Under the pieces are notes generated by a model. The model saw only the letters and a program-made list of their open reading frames with translations. It was not told the origin of the DNA and searched no databases. DNA of 64,000 bases. Source: an uncultured bacterium (GTDB lineage: Bacteria > Fermentibacterota > Fermentibacteria > Fermentibacterales > JCC-6). Positions 16,624 through 25,915 of this stretch are shown here, piece after piece. The translations under genes and the position numbers were made by a program. How positions within the stretch are numbered: the first letter of the stretch is position 1; each line of letters opens with the position of its first letter. The stretch is from positions 636 to 64,635 of the forward strand of contig CAZRXU010000002.1 of the NCBI GenBank assembly GCA_964604135.1, in the 5' to 3' direction.

Positions 16624-18564
16624 ATGAAAACAGCATTTCTTATGATCGTAGTTTTTGCCTGTGTTTCCTTTGCCGTCGGGCTTACAAAGGTGGAATCTTC
16701 TGAAACAAGTATCACATTCGACCTCAGTGCAGCAGTGCCTGAATTCGGCTCTGAGACTCTTCAGGGAACAGAGTTTACCACAGTAAGCATGAACGGTGCA
16801 GAGAATCTTGAAGAAGCAGGACTTCCCAGACTTCCGGTGTACAGAGTCTGGATTGAAATTCCGGTTGGAGCAGAGGTTAACGCAACAGTGTCGGAGGCGC
16901 GTGTCGAAGCAATCAGTGGCAACGGCAACGCTGTTATTCCGGCCGTTCTTAGTGCGTCGAAGAACGAGCCAAGGGAATCCTTCACGGTTTCTTTTGATTC
17001 GGATGTTTACAGTGATGGCTCGGTTTACCCCGAAAACTGGGTAAGAGTTATTTACGCAGGAGGCATGCGCGGGCGCAACCTGGCCCTTGTGGAAGTTACA
17101 CCTCTCAGGTGGAACCCTGCCCGGGGTGATTACACTCTTCTTGCAGATGCCAGAGTTACACTGGAGTTCCAGGGCGGCGATCTTGCAGCCACATACGAGC
17201 AGGCTTCCCGCCTTGCAAGTGCCGGATACGAAAGCATTCTGAGCAGTACTGTTGTTAACTACGGAACCTACGAAAGCGGAATGGACACAGGTCCTGCGCC
17301 TTACCTTATTATTGGTCACAGCAACTTTGTAGCAACAGCTATGGATGCCTTTGTAGCCCACAAGGAAGCTCTGGGATTTACAGTTACAATGGTTGATCTC
17401 TCTGTCACCGGGTCAACTGCCGCTGAAATTCGCACATACATTCAGGGTGCTATTAATACCGGAACCGAATACGTTCTTCTTGTGGGAGACACAGCGTTTC
17501 TTCCAGGCGGAACTGCAACAACCTACAGCGATGTTACCGATCTTTACTACGCCTGTCTCGATGATGGCGGATGGATTCCGGATGTATTCCTGGGCAGGTT
17601 TAGTGTAACAACTGCAGCAGAGGTAGCAACGATGGCCCAGAGGGTCATCGATTACGAGAACACCGGTGGTATTCAGACTTGGGTGCAGAATGCTCTGTTT
17701 ATTGCTTCGAGCGATAACTCCAGTGTTTCCGAAGGTACACACAACTACTGTATATCCAATTACCTCGACCCCAGAGTTTACAATTCCACAAAAGTGTATC
17801 CTTCCCAGGGTGGTACTGCCGCAAACGCTGTTCCCGTTATTAACGGGGGTATCTCAATGCTTACATTCAGCGGACACGGTTCAAAAACCAGCTGGGTGGA
17901 TATGAGTTTCAGCGCTGGTAATTTCAACCAGCTTAACAATGGACCCATGTTTCCGGGAGTTCTTAGCCATGCCTGCCTCACCGGTGCATACAGTACTTCA
18001 ACATGCTGGGCTGAAAGATGGACAAGAACACCAAACAGAGGCGGACTTTGGTTCTGGGGTTCTGTTCCAAACACATACTGGGGTGAAGATGACTACCAGG
18101 AAAAAGGCGAGTATGCTTCGTTCATAGGCGACAATGCCTATTGGCCGAAGGGCTTCTTGAATCAGGGTCTTATGGCAGTGTATACCGCATACAGCGGTGG
18201 CGGAAGAACACATTACTACTTCGAGGGTTACACTCTTTTCGGTGATCCGAGTCTTAGAATGAAAACATGGCCCATGACAAGTATTGAGGATTTCACTTCC
18301 AGTGTGATCGACTCCCCAATTTCTGTGTCTGCCTCCAATCCTGTATACGGCAGTGCATCTGTAACACTTACAGGTACTGGCGGACCTGCTGTTGTTGAGG
18401 TTTTCGATGTAACTGGCCGTGTGGTGGACACACCGTTCAACGGAAATCTTAACGGTTCATCCATGTTTACGTGGGATACAAATTCCATGTCTGCAGGTGT
18501 GTACTTCATGCGCCTCTCGCAGGGAAGCAACACCGCAACTTCCAGAGTCAGTGTAGTTAAATAG
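16624..18564 (+). CDS. Peptidase C25 (gingipain-like) cysteine protease with a T9SS-type C-terminal sorting domain
   Basis: Signal peptide. C25 propeptide-like N-terminus (GLPRLPVYRVWIEIP). Catalytic His in FSGHGS and Cys in LSHACLTGAY. YVLLVGD motif. C-terminal EVFDVTGRVV...GVYFMRL...SVVK. Confidence 0.85.
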   Translation: MKTAFLMIVVFACVSFAVGLTKVESSETSITFDLSAAVPEFGSETLQGTEFTTVSMNGAENLEEAGLPRLPVYRVWIEIPVGAEVNATVSEARVEAISGNGNAVIPAVLSASKNEPRESFTVSFDSDVYSDGSVYPENWVRVIYAGGMRGRNLALVEVTPLRWNPARGDYTLLADARVTLEFQGGDLAATYEQASRLASAGYESILSSTVVNYGTYESGMDTGPAPYLIIGHSNFVATAMDAFVAHKEALGFTVTMVDLSVTGSTAAEIRTYIQGAINTGTEYVLLVGDTAFLPGGTATTYSDVTDLYYACLDDGGWIPDVFLGRFSVTTAAEVATMAQRVIDYENTGGIQTWVQNALFIASSDNSSVSEGTHNYCISNYLDPRVYNSTKVYPSQGGTAANAVPVINGGISMLTFSGHGSKTSWVDMSFSAGNFNQLNNGPMFPGVLSHACLTGAYSTSTCWAERWTRTPNRGGLWFWGSVPNTYWGEDDYQEKGEYASFIGDNAYWPKGFLNQGLMAVYTAYSGGGRTHYYFEGYTLFGDPSLRMKTWPMTSIEDFTSSVIDSPISVSASNPVYGSASVTLTGTGGPAVVEVFDVTGRVVDTPFNGNLNGSSMFTWDTNSMSAGVYFMRLSQGSNTATSRVSVVK

Positions 18565-18587
18565 CGGTTCATAGTATCTGACTGAAT

Positions 18588-18620
18588 CGGGGAGCAGTTT
18601 TCTGCTCCCCGTCTTCTTTC
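18588..18620 (+). terminator. Rho-independent terminator
   Basis: CGGGGAGCAG (18588-18597), loop TTTT, CTGCTCCCCG (18602-18611), then a T-rich tail. Confidence 0.7.
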
Positions 18621-18693
18621 CAAAATTCTGTAAAATGCTTATACTTCCCGCTGGTACCCCGCACTGGTGTAATTGTTTCTATCAGGAGGAGAG

Positions 18694-21063
18694 ATGAAGT
18701 TAGTTCTTGTAACTCTGGCTGTGCTGGTGCTGTCCGCATCAGCAGCAGACTACTTCGGGCGCTGTGCCGTTGTTCATGTAGACCAGGGGTCACTGCCCAC
18801 GGTTTACAGTTTTTTTGCAACGATACCAGCCTACTATTTTCAGGAGACCGGAAGTGCCTATGGGTCACTTCTGATCACGGACGGGGCTGATTCCAAGTCT
18901 GGCTACTACACCCTTGAAGACTGGGTGTCATACCTTAATGATGCAGGTGAGAGCGGCAGCGTTACCTTTGTGGGTGATGTGAACAGCTCTTTCAAGACCA
19001 CTGTTCAGGGTATGGTTCCCTACACTGAGGAAATACTGTATTCCGGTACACCTGAAGAGATAGCATGTGCAATTGCCACCACCGAATGGCCGTCTACTTC
19101 GAAGGCAGTTCTTTGCGTTACCTCCGATACCGACCAGACCTATATCAACGGTGCTGCTGCAGCAGCAGGCTGGGCAGCAGGCAACAACTGCCCCCTTCTC
19201 TGGACAGACGGCTTAACAATCGGCTCTGAAACAGCTGAGGCTTTGACCTCAATGGGTGTGTCGCAGGTATTTCTGTTCGACTACCCCGGAGTCGTATCGT
19301 CATCGGTAACTGATTCTCTTGCTGCAATGTCCATTACAGTTTCAGCTTTCGACAGCGCAGCGGTTCTTCTTCCTGCGACAATTGCTCTGACAAACCGGGC
19401 TGTTGCCTGTGTGTACAAAGAGGAGATGCAGGCTCTTCCAGCCGCACTGGCTGCTGCAAGGTACGGCGGTTATGTGCTGAAGCTGCCCAACAGTTTAGAC
19501 AGGCTGTGCTTCGATGCTCTTGCTGAGCTGAGGCAGTTGATTCCGGATAATTTCTACAAACTGGAGAAGCCCGTGGTTGGGGTAAAATCAAACGGGTCTG
19601 CAGCAATAGCAGCGGCCTTCTTTACATTCCTCGACGGCATCGGCGGAACCATTGACAATCAGCTTGAATACGTACTGACATTCTCGAATCAAAACGTGTT
19701 TCCTGCAACTTTTGAGAGGTCAATTACCGGAGATCCTTCAGAAGTTACCAGGGCCGGGGCCATTCCCGGCAGATTTCCGCTGGAATGGCTTGACAACATC
19801 GGAACCATCAACAGAGGTGCTCTGTACGATGCGGTAATTCATGCCAACCCCAGACCTGACCATGTTACCATCGCCATGAATGCCTACGAAGTTCAGTATT
19901 GGAATACTTATACCTTTGCCGACAACTGGTACTCCAATTTCGTGGTAAACGAGATGTTCGGCTGGCCGGAAGAGGGATGGACAGAAGCCAACAGCTACTT
20001 CCCCGGATGGCCTCCGTCACAGCCTGGTCTTGACCCCATGTGGCCGACAACAGATGATGCTCCCGACACGGGAGGATGCCCAGGACAGTATGCAACCTTC
20101 CTCGGCGAGAACTATGATACAGCGTTTCACAGCGGATCTGCAGCAGGCACAGGTACCCATCCTGCACAGCCCGATGTTGCTCTCTGCGGTTTTGTTCAGG
20201 ATGTTATTGATGGCTCCACTTTTCTCTACTTCTCTTGCCACGGCGGAGGAACTGTAATTTCCGTGCGTGATACAGATAATGGAATAGCTCAGGACGATTA
20301 CAGTATACAGTTCCAGAATCCTTGGTGGCCCGACAGTGACGGCAGAGTTTTCGACGGTTCCGCAGGCGGCAGCTACACAGAGAGTGATCTTGACTCTGAC
20401 TTTGAGAACATGCACTCGGTGATAATTGCATACAATGCATGTGATATGGCCAATGGAGCCATGAACGAGGTCGGTCTTAACCACGGTGCCATTGGTTCAC
20501 TTGGAAGCCTCTGTTCTGTATCCTTCACAGGCTCAGGCTGGTGGTGGAACATGTGGGTACATCTTGTAACCGCAGAGAACTACACACTGGGAGAGGCCGC
20601 CACCTACAGCAATGCCAGGATATCCACCATCTACACACCGCCCGGCGTTTCAACAGGAGCAGATGAATCTCAGCAGTATGTTCTGTATGGAGACCCGATG
20701 GTTGAATATGTCGCTCCCGATGCAGTTCTTCCGGCCCCGCTGCCTCGTAAAACTGCATACGGAACCCACTATCCTGATGGAATCGGCGAAGGCATTGAAG
20801 GGGGCAGCACTGTTCCTGTAGCTGTTGTCTGCTGCAACCCTGTAACCACTGCTTCAGCAGAAGTTAAAGTGAGTGGTTACGGAGATGCCGTTCTGTGCCT
20901 CTACGATGTTACTGGAAGACTGATTTCAACACCGTTCACGGGAAGCCTGAACGGTCTTCGCAGTGTGGATGTAGATTTTTCACACCTTGCTTCCGGGCTG
21001 TACTTCCTTGATCTCAGACAGGGAAACAACAGCAGCACCACTAGTTTGATGCTGGTCAAATAG
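18694..21063 (+). CDS. Secreted C25/clostripain-like cysteine peptidase homologue with cell-wall-binding-repeat-like N-terminal region and a T9SS-type sorting domain
   Basis: ATG 18694 preceded by AGGAGGA, with a signal peptide. His/Cys dyad context FSCHGGG and AYNACDMANG. N-terminal half resembles CW_binding_2-type repeats. C-terminal LCLYDVTGRLI...GLYFLDL...LMLVK. Confidence 0.6.
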   Translation: MKLVLVTLAVLVLSASAADYFGRCAVVHVDQGSLPTVYSFFATIPAYYFQETGSAYGSLLITDGADSKSGYYTLEDWVSYLNDAGESGSVTFVGDVNSSFKTTVQGMVPYTEEILYSGTPEEIACAIATTEWPSTSKAVLCVTSDTDQTYINGAAAAAGWAAGNNCPLLWTDGLTIGSETAEALTSMGVSQVFLFDYPGVVSSSVTDSLAAMSITVSAFDSAAVLLPATIALTNRAVACVYKEEMQALPAALAAARYGGYVLKLPNSLDRLCFDALAELRQLIPDNFYKLEKPVVGVKSNGSAAIAAAFFTFLDGIGGTIDNQLEYVLTFSNQNVFPATFERSITGDPSEVTRAGAIPGRFPLEWLDNIGTINRGALYDAVIHANPRPDHVTIAMNAYEVQYWNTYTFADNWYSNFVVNEMFGWPEEGWTEANSYFPGWPPSQPGLDPMWPTTDDAPDTGGCPGQYATFLGENYDTAFHSGSAAGTGTHPAQPDVALCGFVQDVIDGSTFLYFSCHGGGTVISVRDTDNGIAQDDYSIQFQNPWWPDSDGRVFDGSAGGSYTESDLDSDFENMHSVIIAYNACDMANGAMNEVGLNHGAIGSLGSLCSVSFTGSGWWWNMWVHLVTAENYTLGEAATYSNARISTIYTPPGVSTGADESQQYVLYGDPMVEYVAPDAVLPAPLPRKTAYGTHYPDGIGEGIEGGSTVPVAVVCCNPVTTASAEVKVSGYGDAVLCLYDVTGRLISTPFTGSLNGLRSVDVDFSHLASGLYFLDLRQGNNSSTTSLMLVK

Positions 21064-21081
21064 TTCAGAGTTTCTGTAACG

Positions 21082-21118
21082 AAAAAAGCAGGCCCGGCGT
21101 GAGCCGGGCCTGCTTTTA
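21082..21118. terminator. Bidirectional rho-independent terminator
   Basis: AGCAGGCCCGGC (21087-21098), loop GTGA, GCCGGGCCTGCT (21103-21114). Flanked by an A-run and a T-run, between convergent genes. Confidence 0.8.
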
Positions 21119-21129
21119 AACACAATGAG

Positions 21130-21480
21130 CTAAAGCACCTGCTCGAGTTCCTTTTTTCTTTTCCGAACCTGAAGGCGCACATTACCAAGACTGGAGTTTA
21201 CAGCAGCAACCACAGCGAGAATGGCATCTTCACCGATAGCGGTCATTACGATTACGCCGTTGGAGTATTCCATCATTGACTGCGTAAGACTACCGACACC
21301 AAGCTCTTTACCAACGCTTTCGGCGGAACCAAGACCTGTGGAAACCATCGCACCTATAGCATCAACATCTGCTCCGGCGCCAGCAACTGCGTCGATAACA
21401 AAACCATCACGGCCAACGCAGACCGCAGCATCTATTCCTGCCACATCCACCAGTGCAGTAAGAATTTCGTTGCTATTCAT
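21130..21480 (-). CDS. Roadblock/LC7 (MglB-fold) domain protein
   Basis: 116 aa. Pattern L..LV.V.G...A.....DG.VI......G.D.D...A is typical of Roadblock/LC7 proteins. Confidence 0.75.
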   Translation of the reverse strand: MNSNEILTALVDVAGIDAAVCVGRDGFVIDAVAGAGADVDAIGAMVSTGLGSAESVGKELGVGSLTQSMMEYSNGVIVMTAIGEDAILAVVAAVNSSLGNVRLQVRKRKKELEQVL

Positions 21481-21585
21481 AAAAAGTCCTTCCTGTTTGA
21501 GAAACTACTAATTCTTTCTACCATAACCCACAGGGAGAGAAAAAAAAAGGCTGCCGCTCCCTGTGTGCGGTTGCCCGGTAAGCCG

Positions 21586-22998
21586 TTATTTAAGGGCCAG
21601 CATGGCAGATTCAATTTTTCCCTGGTCTAGAAAAACTATTGCAAACCTGAGTTTGGCAATCTCAGGGCTGTTGGGATTTTTCTTTTCCAGCTGAGCAATT
21701 CTTCTTTCGGCTGCCAGTTTAAGAGCTTCTATCTGGCTGGTAACTGTTGTTGCACTCTCAATTATGTTGATTGTGTGTTCTCGTGTAGGTGATGCAGTTT
21801 CCACTGCAGGTTTTTCGGGAACAGTTTTCTGCGAAGTGTTTAATTCACTGGTGTCATCCTTTGCTTCCGCAGAAGCTGTGCTGCCAGCCAGCTGTTTCTT
21901 CGCTGCTGTTCCTGATCTTTTCTCTTCGAGAGCCTTTTTGAATTTTTGTTCGTCTGAGTCTGCTGCGTTTTCTTCGTCTTCGATGTCAACAACAATGTAG
22001 GGAGAGGGGGATTTTTCTTCCTGATTCCTGGTGTCTTTGGAAGCTGCTGCCCCCGGTTTACTTTTCACAGGATCCATGAGATTCATGGAATTAAGCAGGC
22101 TTGTTACAGTATCCATAGATATGCCAGTTCTGGAAGGCGAGGCAAGAAGATTTGCAAGAACAGCTCTTCCTGCGGCTTTCAAAGTTCTGATGTTCTGTGT
22201 TATTCTTGTGGCTATGTAGTTGATTATATCAGGACCAGGGCCAAACCCGGTGTTCTTGAACATCCTTTCGAGAACAGACATGCGTCCGGCAATGTCCATG
22301 GGTTTGAGCTCAACCGAAATACCGGAGGAGATTCTGGAAAAGAAAGTAGCATCGAAATCCTGCATGTTTTCCACTTCAGAGTTGGAACACAGAACAATTG
22401 CACTCTTACCGTGAGGCATTCTGTTGAAGACAGAGCAGAGGAAATGCTGAAATTCAATATCTCCGTGCACAAATTGAAGATCATCGAGCAGAAGAAAATT
22501 GTGGCTGGTTATCCATGACAGAAGCGGACTTTCTTTGTTGGTTCTCACGCAGTATTTGTACCCCATCTTAAGATCGTTGAGGTTCAGAAAAAGTGTTTTT
22601 TGTCTGGAAGCCGATGCAATGGCAGAGAGCAGGTGAGTTTTGCCCTGCCCGGTTCCCGCGTGGAACAGAATAGGAGATATACTTTTCCATATTCTGGGAA
22701 TAAGGGCAACTGTGCGGGCGAGTTCCACTGCATAGGAGTTCTCATCGGTTACCACGTAGTTCTCGAATGTTCTGCCGTCCCGGGGGACGAAAGCAAGAAG
22801 ATCTGTGAAGCGATCGCTGTTGTCAGGGTGATCACCAGGGAACGCTGGAATTGCCTCTACGCCTCCCTGATACTTCGCAAACAGGCAAATTTCCCGAGCT
22901 GTGGGTTCAGAGATGTAACCTGAATCAGCACACATCTGCATAAACTCAACAAAATGAAGACGATTTCCGTTGTCAATGGAGTTTGGCTTGTCGGTCAT
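21586..22998 (-). CDS. DnaA-like AAA+ ATPase without DNA-binding domain IV, with an acidic/coiled-coil C-terminal tail
   Basis: FENYVV..N..A......A, Walker A GTGQGKTHLLSAI, Walker B LLLDDLQF, box VII-like FFSRISSG and sensor-2-like QNIRTLKAA are collinear with DnaA domain III. The last 170 aa or so are low-complexity acidic plus a coiled coil. The ATG abuts the upstream stop (TAAATG). Confidence 0.7.
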   Translation of the reverse strand: MTDKPNSIDNGNRLHFVEFMQMCADSGYISEPTAREICLFAKYQGGVEAIPAFPGDHPDNSDRFTDLLAFVPRDGRTFENYVVTDENSYAVELARTVALIPRIWKSISPILFHAGTGQGKTHLLSAIASASRQKTLFLNLNDLKMGYKYCVRTNKESPLLSWITSHNFLLLDDLQFVHGDIEFQHFLCSVFNRMPHGKSAIVLCSNSEVENMQDFDATFFSRISSGISVELKPMDIAGRMSVLERMFKNTGFGPGPDIINYIATRITQNIRTLKAAGRAVLANLLASPSRTGISMDTVTSLLNSMNLMDPVKSKPGAAASKDTRNQEEKSPSPYIVVDIEDEENAADSDEQKFKKALEEKRSGTAAKKQLAGSTASAEAKDDTSELNTSQKTVPEKPAVETASPTREHTINIIESATTVTSQIEALKLAAERRIAQLEKKNPNSPEIAKLRFAIVFLDQGKIESAMLALK

Positions 22999-23757
22999 TT
23001 AATACTCCAACCCGCTGGACTGAAGAGTTCTGGTAAATTTACCGAGTTCGATGGAAAGAACCCCCAGTCTTATACCGTGAGGAACAAAAATTACAGCAGT
23101 ATGCGTTTCGTTCAGGGCTGAAAGAGCCAGGGTGTATTCAGCGTCTTCAATAAAGGTTTTGCCAACAGATCTCTCAGGATAGTCTCGAATAAAACTTTTT
23201 ACTGCTTTAAGAATGGGTTTAATTTTATCAATAAAATCTGCATCAGCTTCAGCTTCGGCCACGATCTGACCTTCTGAATTAACAATGTATGCAATCTGAA
23301 TAGATGACGAAATATTCATAACCGACTCGGGAATGCGAATGGGATTCGGCAGAGCAGCTTCTGCAGCCTTCACCGCCGCTGCCTGCAGTGCCGCCGCTTC
23401 AGCCAGTTTTTGAGCCCGCTCTCTCTCGGCCTGTTCCTCTTCGAGCTTCTTCTTTTCATCTCTTTCTTTCAGTGCCCACATGAGATTGTTCTGCAGATCC
23501 TGTTTGATGGATACTTCCTCTGAAGTGGCACTGGAGTCAAATGTAAAATCTCCCTCGGTCCAGTCGATTACCTCAACCAGAACATCCTTGCCGATTATCT
23601 CTCCCAGTTTTGCGTGGATCAGCTTACCCTTGTTGTAGAAAAACTCAGCGGTACTTTCTGCCCGCTCCAGAATCAGTTTTCCGCTGAGATGATTGGTGCC
23701 AGGCAGTTGAAGCAGCGCAACAACGCCAAACTCACTAAGGTTGCCATTGAAGGCCAT
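22999..23757 (-). CDS. PATAN/DUF4388-domain protein with coiled coil and a Roadblock-like C-terminal domain
   Basis: N-terminus GNLSEFGVVALLQL.....SGKLILE......FFYNKGKLIHA.....G.DVLVEVIDWTEGDFTFD is the DUF4388 pattern. EEQAERERAQKLAEAAALQAAA forms the coiled coil. Confidence 0.8.
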   Translation of the reverse strand: MAFNGNLSEFGVVALLQLPGTNHLSGKLILERAESTAEFFYNKGKLIHAKLGEIIGKDVLVEVIDWTEGDFTFDSSATSEEVSIKQDLQNNLMWALKERDEKKKLEEEQAERERAQKLAEAAALQAAAVKAAEAALPNPIRIPESVMNISSSIQIAYIVNSEGQIVAEAEADADFIDKIKPILKAVKSFIRDYPERSVGKTFIEDAEYTLALSALNETHTAVIFVPHGIRLGVLSIELGKFTRTLQSSGLEY

Positions 23758-23787
23758 AAACTATGCGGCTCCTTTCATATATCAGCG

Positions 23788-24378
23788 CTACTGAATCAGC
23801 TGGAAGTTTTTTATAACTTCCTTGCTGATCAGCTGGAGTGTTTTCATTACCCCGGAACCCTTTGTAGCTACAGATTCCGTTACAAGAACACTTTCAGGAA
23901 GCTCCAGAATCTTCTCGATCTTTCCCAGTGGTATTACATCCTGGAAATCTCTCTTGTTGTATTGCAGTACAATGGGGAAGGTATTTGTGTCTACCCCGAA
24001 ACTGCCGAGATTTGCAAGCATCCTTCTGTACATTTCTATGTTTTCATTAAGCTTTTCTGTTTTGGAATCTGCCACAAAAACCACACCGTCGGCACCCTCC
24101 AGAATAATACGTCTGCTGGCCTCGTAGTATATCTGCCCTGGTATGGTGTATAGGTGAATTTTCAGAGAAAACCCCTGAATCGAACCTAGTGATACAGGAA
24201 AGAAGTCGAAGAAAAGCGTTCTTTCCTCTTCTGTGTCAAGTATTACCATCTCACCCTTGTACCTGTCAAAAATCTTCTTGTGAATAAACAGAAGATTTGT
24301 TGTTTTTCCGCTCATACCGGGACCGAAATAAACAATTTTAAAAACCAGTTGTTTGTTATTCAGGTCGAGGTGAGGCAT
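23788..24378 (-). CDS. mglA: MglA-like Ras-superfamily small GTPase
   Basis: P-loop GPGMSGKTT, G3 YTIPGQ (MglA-type TxPGQ) and G4 YNKRD. 196 aa. Overlaps the upstream Roadblock gene. Confidence 0.85.
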   Translation of the reverse strand: MPHLDLNNKQLVFKIVYFGPGMSGKTTNLLFIHKKIFDRYKGEMVILDTEEERTLFFDFFPVSLGSIQGFSLKIHLYTIPGQIYYEASRRIILEGADGVVFVADSKTEKLNENIEMYRRMLANLGSFGVDTNTFPIVLQYNKRDFQDVIPLGKIEKILELPESVLVTESVATKGSGVMKTLQLISKEVIKNFQLIQ

Positions 24379-24874
24379 CTTCTTCCTCTCCTATTACAAA
24401 GATACGATCGATCAGGTTTAGAGCGTACTCTTTGAAATCGGGTATGGAAATGTCTTGCATCGCGTCTTTCTGGTCTTCTCTGTCTTTGTTGATAAGCCGG
24501 ACAAGCAGAGGGCTGCTCTTTTTTGCAGCAAGCCTTACCCTGCCTATTCTTGAATAATCTTCAAAAACGATAACCATCATAGACTTGTCGCCAATAAGGG
24601 AGATGTGAATGTGTCGCTTCTCTCCCTGCTGGAGAAGAATAGAAAACTGCTCTTCGCCTACGATGTTAGCCACTTCCTTGGTTGCCGAAAACATTCCGGC
24701 GACAAGAGCAGCCAGGGCAGTTGAGTTTAACTTTGCTCCACCGCCTGCCTGCCCCAGGCAGATACCGTGTCTGCTTATGAGTAGAGCAGTAAGTGCCTCA
24801 GTTTTCTCGACAAGATCGCCAAGGACTTCATTGATAGACAACCCGTATCTTTCATCAACTGCTGATTCAGTCAT
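24356..24874 (-). CDS. mglB: Roadblock/LC7 protein, MglB-like partner of the GTPase
   Basis: Roadblock pattern L..LVEKTEAL.ALLISRHG.CLGQAG. Start placed at ATG 24874 (MTESAV...). Its 3' end overlaps the mglA start by 23 nt. Confidence 0.7.
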   Translation of the reverse strand: MTESAVDERYGLSINEVLGDLVEKTEALTALLISRHGICLGQAGGGAKLNSTALAALVAGMFSATKEVANIVGEEQFSILLQQGEKRHIHISLIGDKSMMVIVFEDYSRIGRVRLAAKKSSPLLVRLINKDREDQKDAMQDISIPDFKEYALNLIDRIFVIGEEEDASPRPE

Positions 24875-25069
24875 GGGCCCCCCTTGTGCTGAAAAACATA
24901 CATTCAATTATTCAGACAAGATGCCACCGTGTCCAGTGCTGCAGTTTAAAGCAGGTAATCAAATGCCAGTCATTTCTCAAAGGAATACTCCCTGTACAGT
25001 TTTGTTGAACACAGTTGTTTGCAATAATTCACATCTTCTTCCCCCGGCTGCACGACAGGCACAAACGGT

Positions 25070-25537
25070 TTATCCCTGTATACCAACAAGCTGGAGGTGA
25101 ATAAGAGAAGCTCTTTCCCCTTCAGGTGTTATCTCTTTAATTCTTGTTTTTACGCCGAGATTCTTTTCGCACAGAGCAACGGCAAGCCCCGCAAACGGGC
25201 ATGCAAATGGAGGGATACCCTCTTCTTTCAGCCCCTGGGTTAGTTCCCAGAAAGAACACCCGCTTACATGCAGCTTGAGAGATTCGCCATCACGCTCAAA
25301 CGAGATGTCATCGCAGAAACCAAGTTCCTTTGTGAGTTTTCCCAGGTTCTCTTCAAGAACACTGATGTCGCTGGAGTCAAGGCCGTTGATCCCAAGAGCT
25401 CCAAGTCCGGCCAGCATATCCGGTCCCGCCTGTCTCATAACTGCAGCGGCACCGCCGCCAACTGCCCGGTGAAGCGCTTTTGTGAATGCGTAAAGTAGAG
25501 CGTTTGTTCCCAGCCGATCGATCTTTTTCGGGGCCAT
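25070..25537 (-). CDS. V4R-domain-like small protein
   Basis: Cys-containing pattern HVSGCSFWE....ACPFAGLAVALCE..LG resembles V4R (4-vinyl reductase) domains. These are known to co-occur with Roadblock/MglA-type modules. Confidence 0.5.
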   Translation of the reverse strand: MAPKKIDRLGTNALLYAFTKALHRAVGGGAAAVMRQAGPDMLAGLGALGINGLDSSDISVLEENLGKLTKELGFCDDISFERDGESLKLHVSGCSFWELTQGLKEEGIPPFACPFAGLAVALCEKNLGVKTRIKEITPEGERASLIHLQLVGIQG

Positions 25538-25915
25538 AAATTACCCTTCCTTTGTTGGAGAACTATGAATAACTTCATCAGCTGCACACAAATTGCAAAT
25601 CTGCAGTGCGTCCCTTCGTTTTCCTAAGCGCGCTAATCTTGTCAGAATTGCGCAAGCAGTCAAGTACAGAGTTTGTGAGAAATGTAACTAATGAAAGAGT
25701 CCGCATTTATAATTGGAGATCAGGTGTGTATGTATTTTCTACCGCCCTGAAAACACAGTTTGCCGTGCCGGTTTTCGGGTTCACCATTGCCGTGTAGGAG
25801 GAACTGTTTCTTATAATAGTGCTGACCAGGTCTGATTCCCTGTGGAATGATACATCTGTACTGCTTGTATCAATTCTGTGTATGTATTGGCGTTTTCTCT
25901 TGAAAGGAGATCAAA

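Noticed and set aside
16585-17361. 258-aa minus-strand ORF.
   Set aside because: It is antisense to the C25 peptidase gene, which has clear catalytic motifs. It is a Cys/Arg-rich shadow ORF.
21529-21565. 9-bp stem (CACAGGGAG / CTCCCTGTG) between the DnaA-like gene and the downstream Roadblock gene, considered as a terminator.
   Set aside because: - The 19-nt loop contains the A/T run, where a terminator would need a trailing U-tract.
- It sits inside an apparent operon.
It could be an RNA processing or attenuation element, but nothing supports that.
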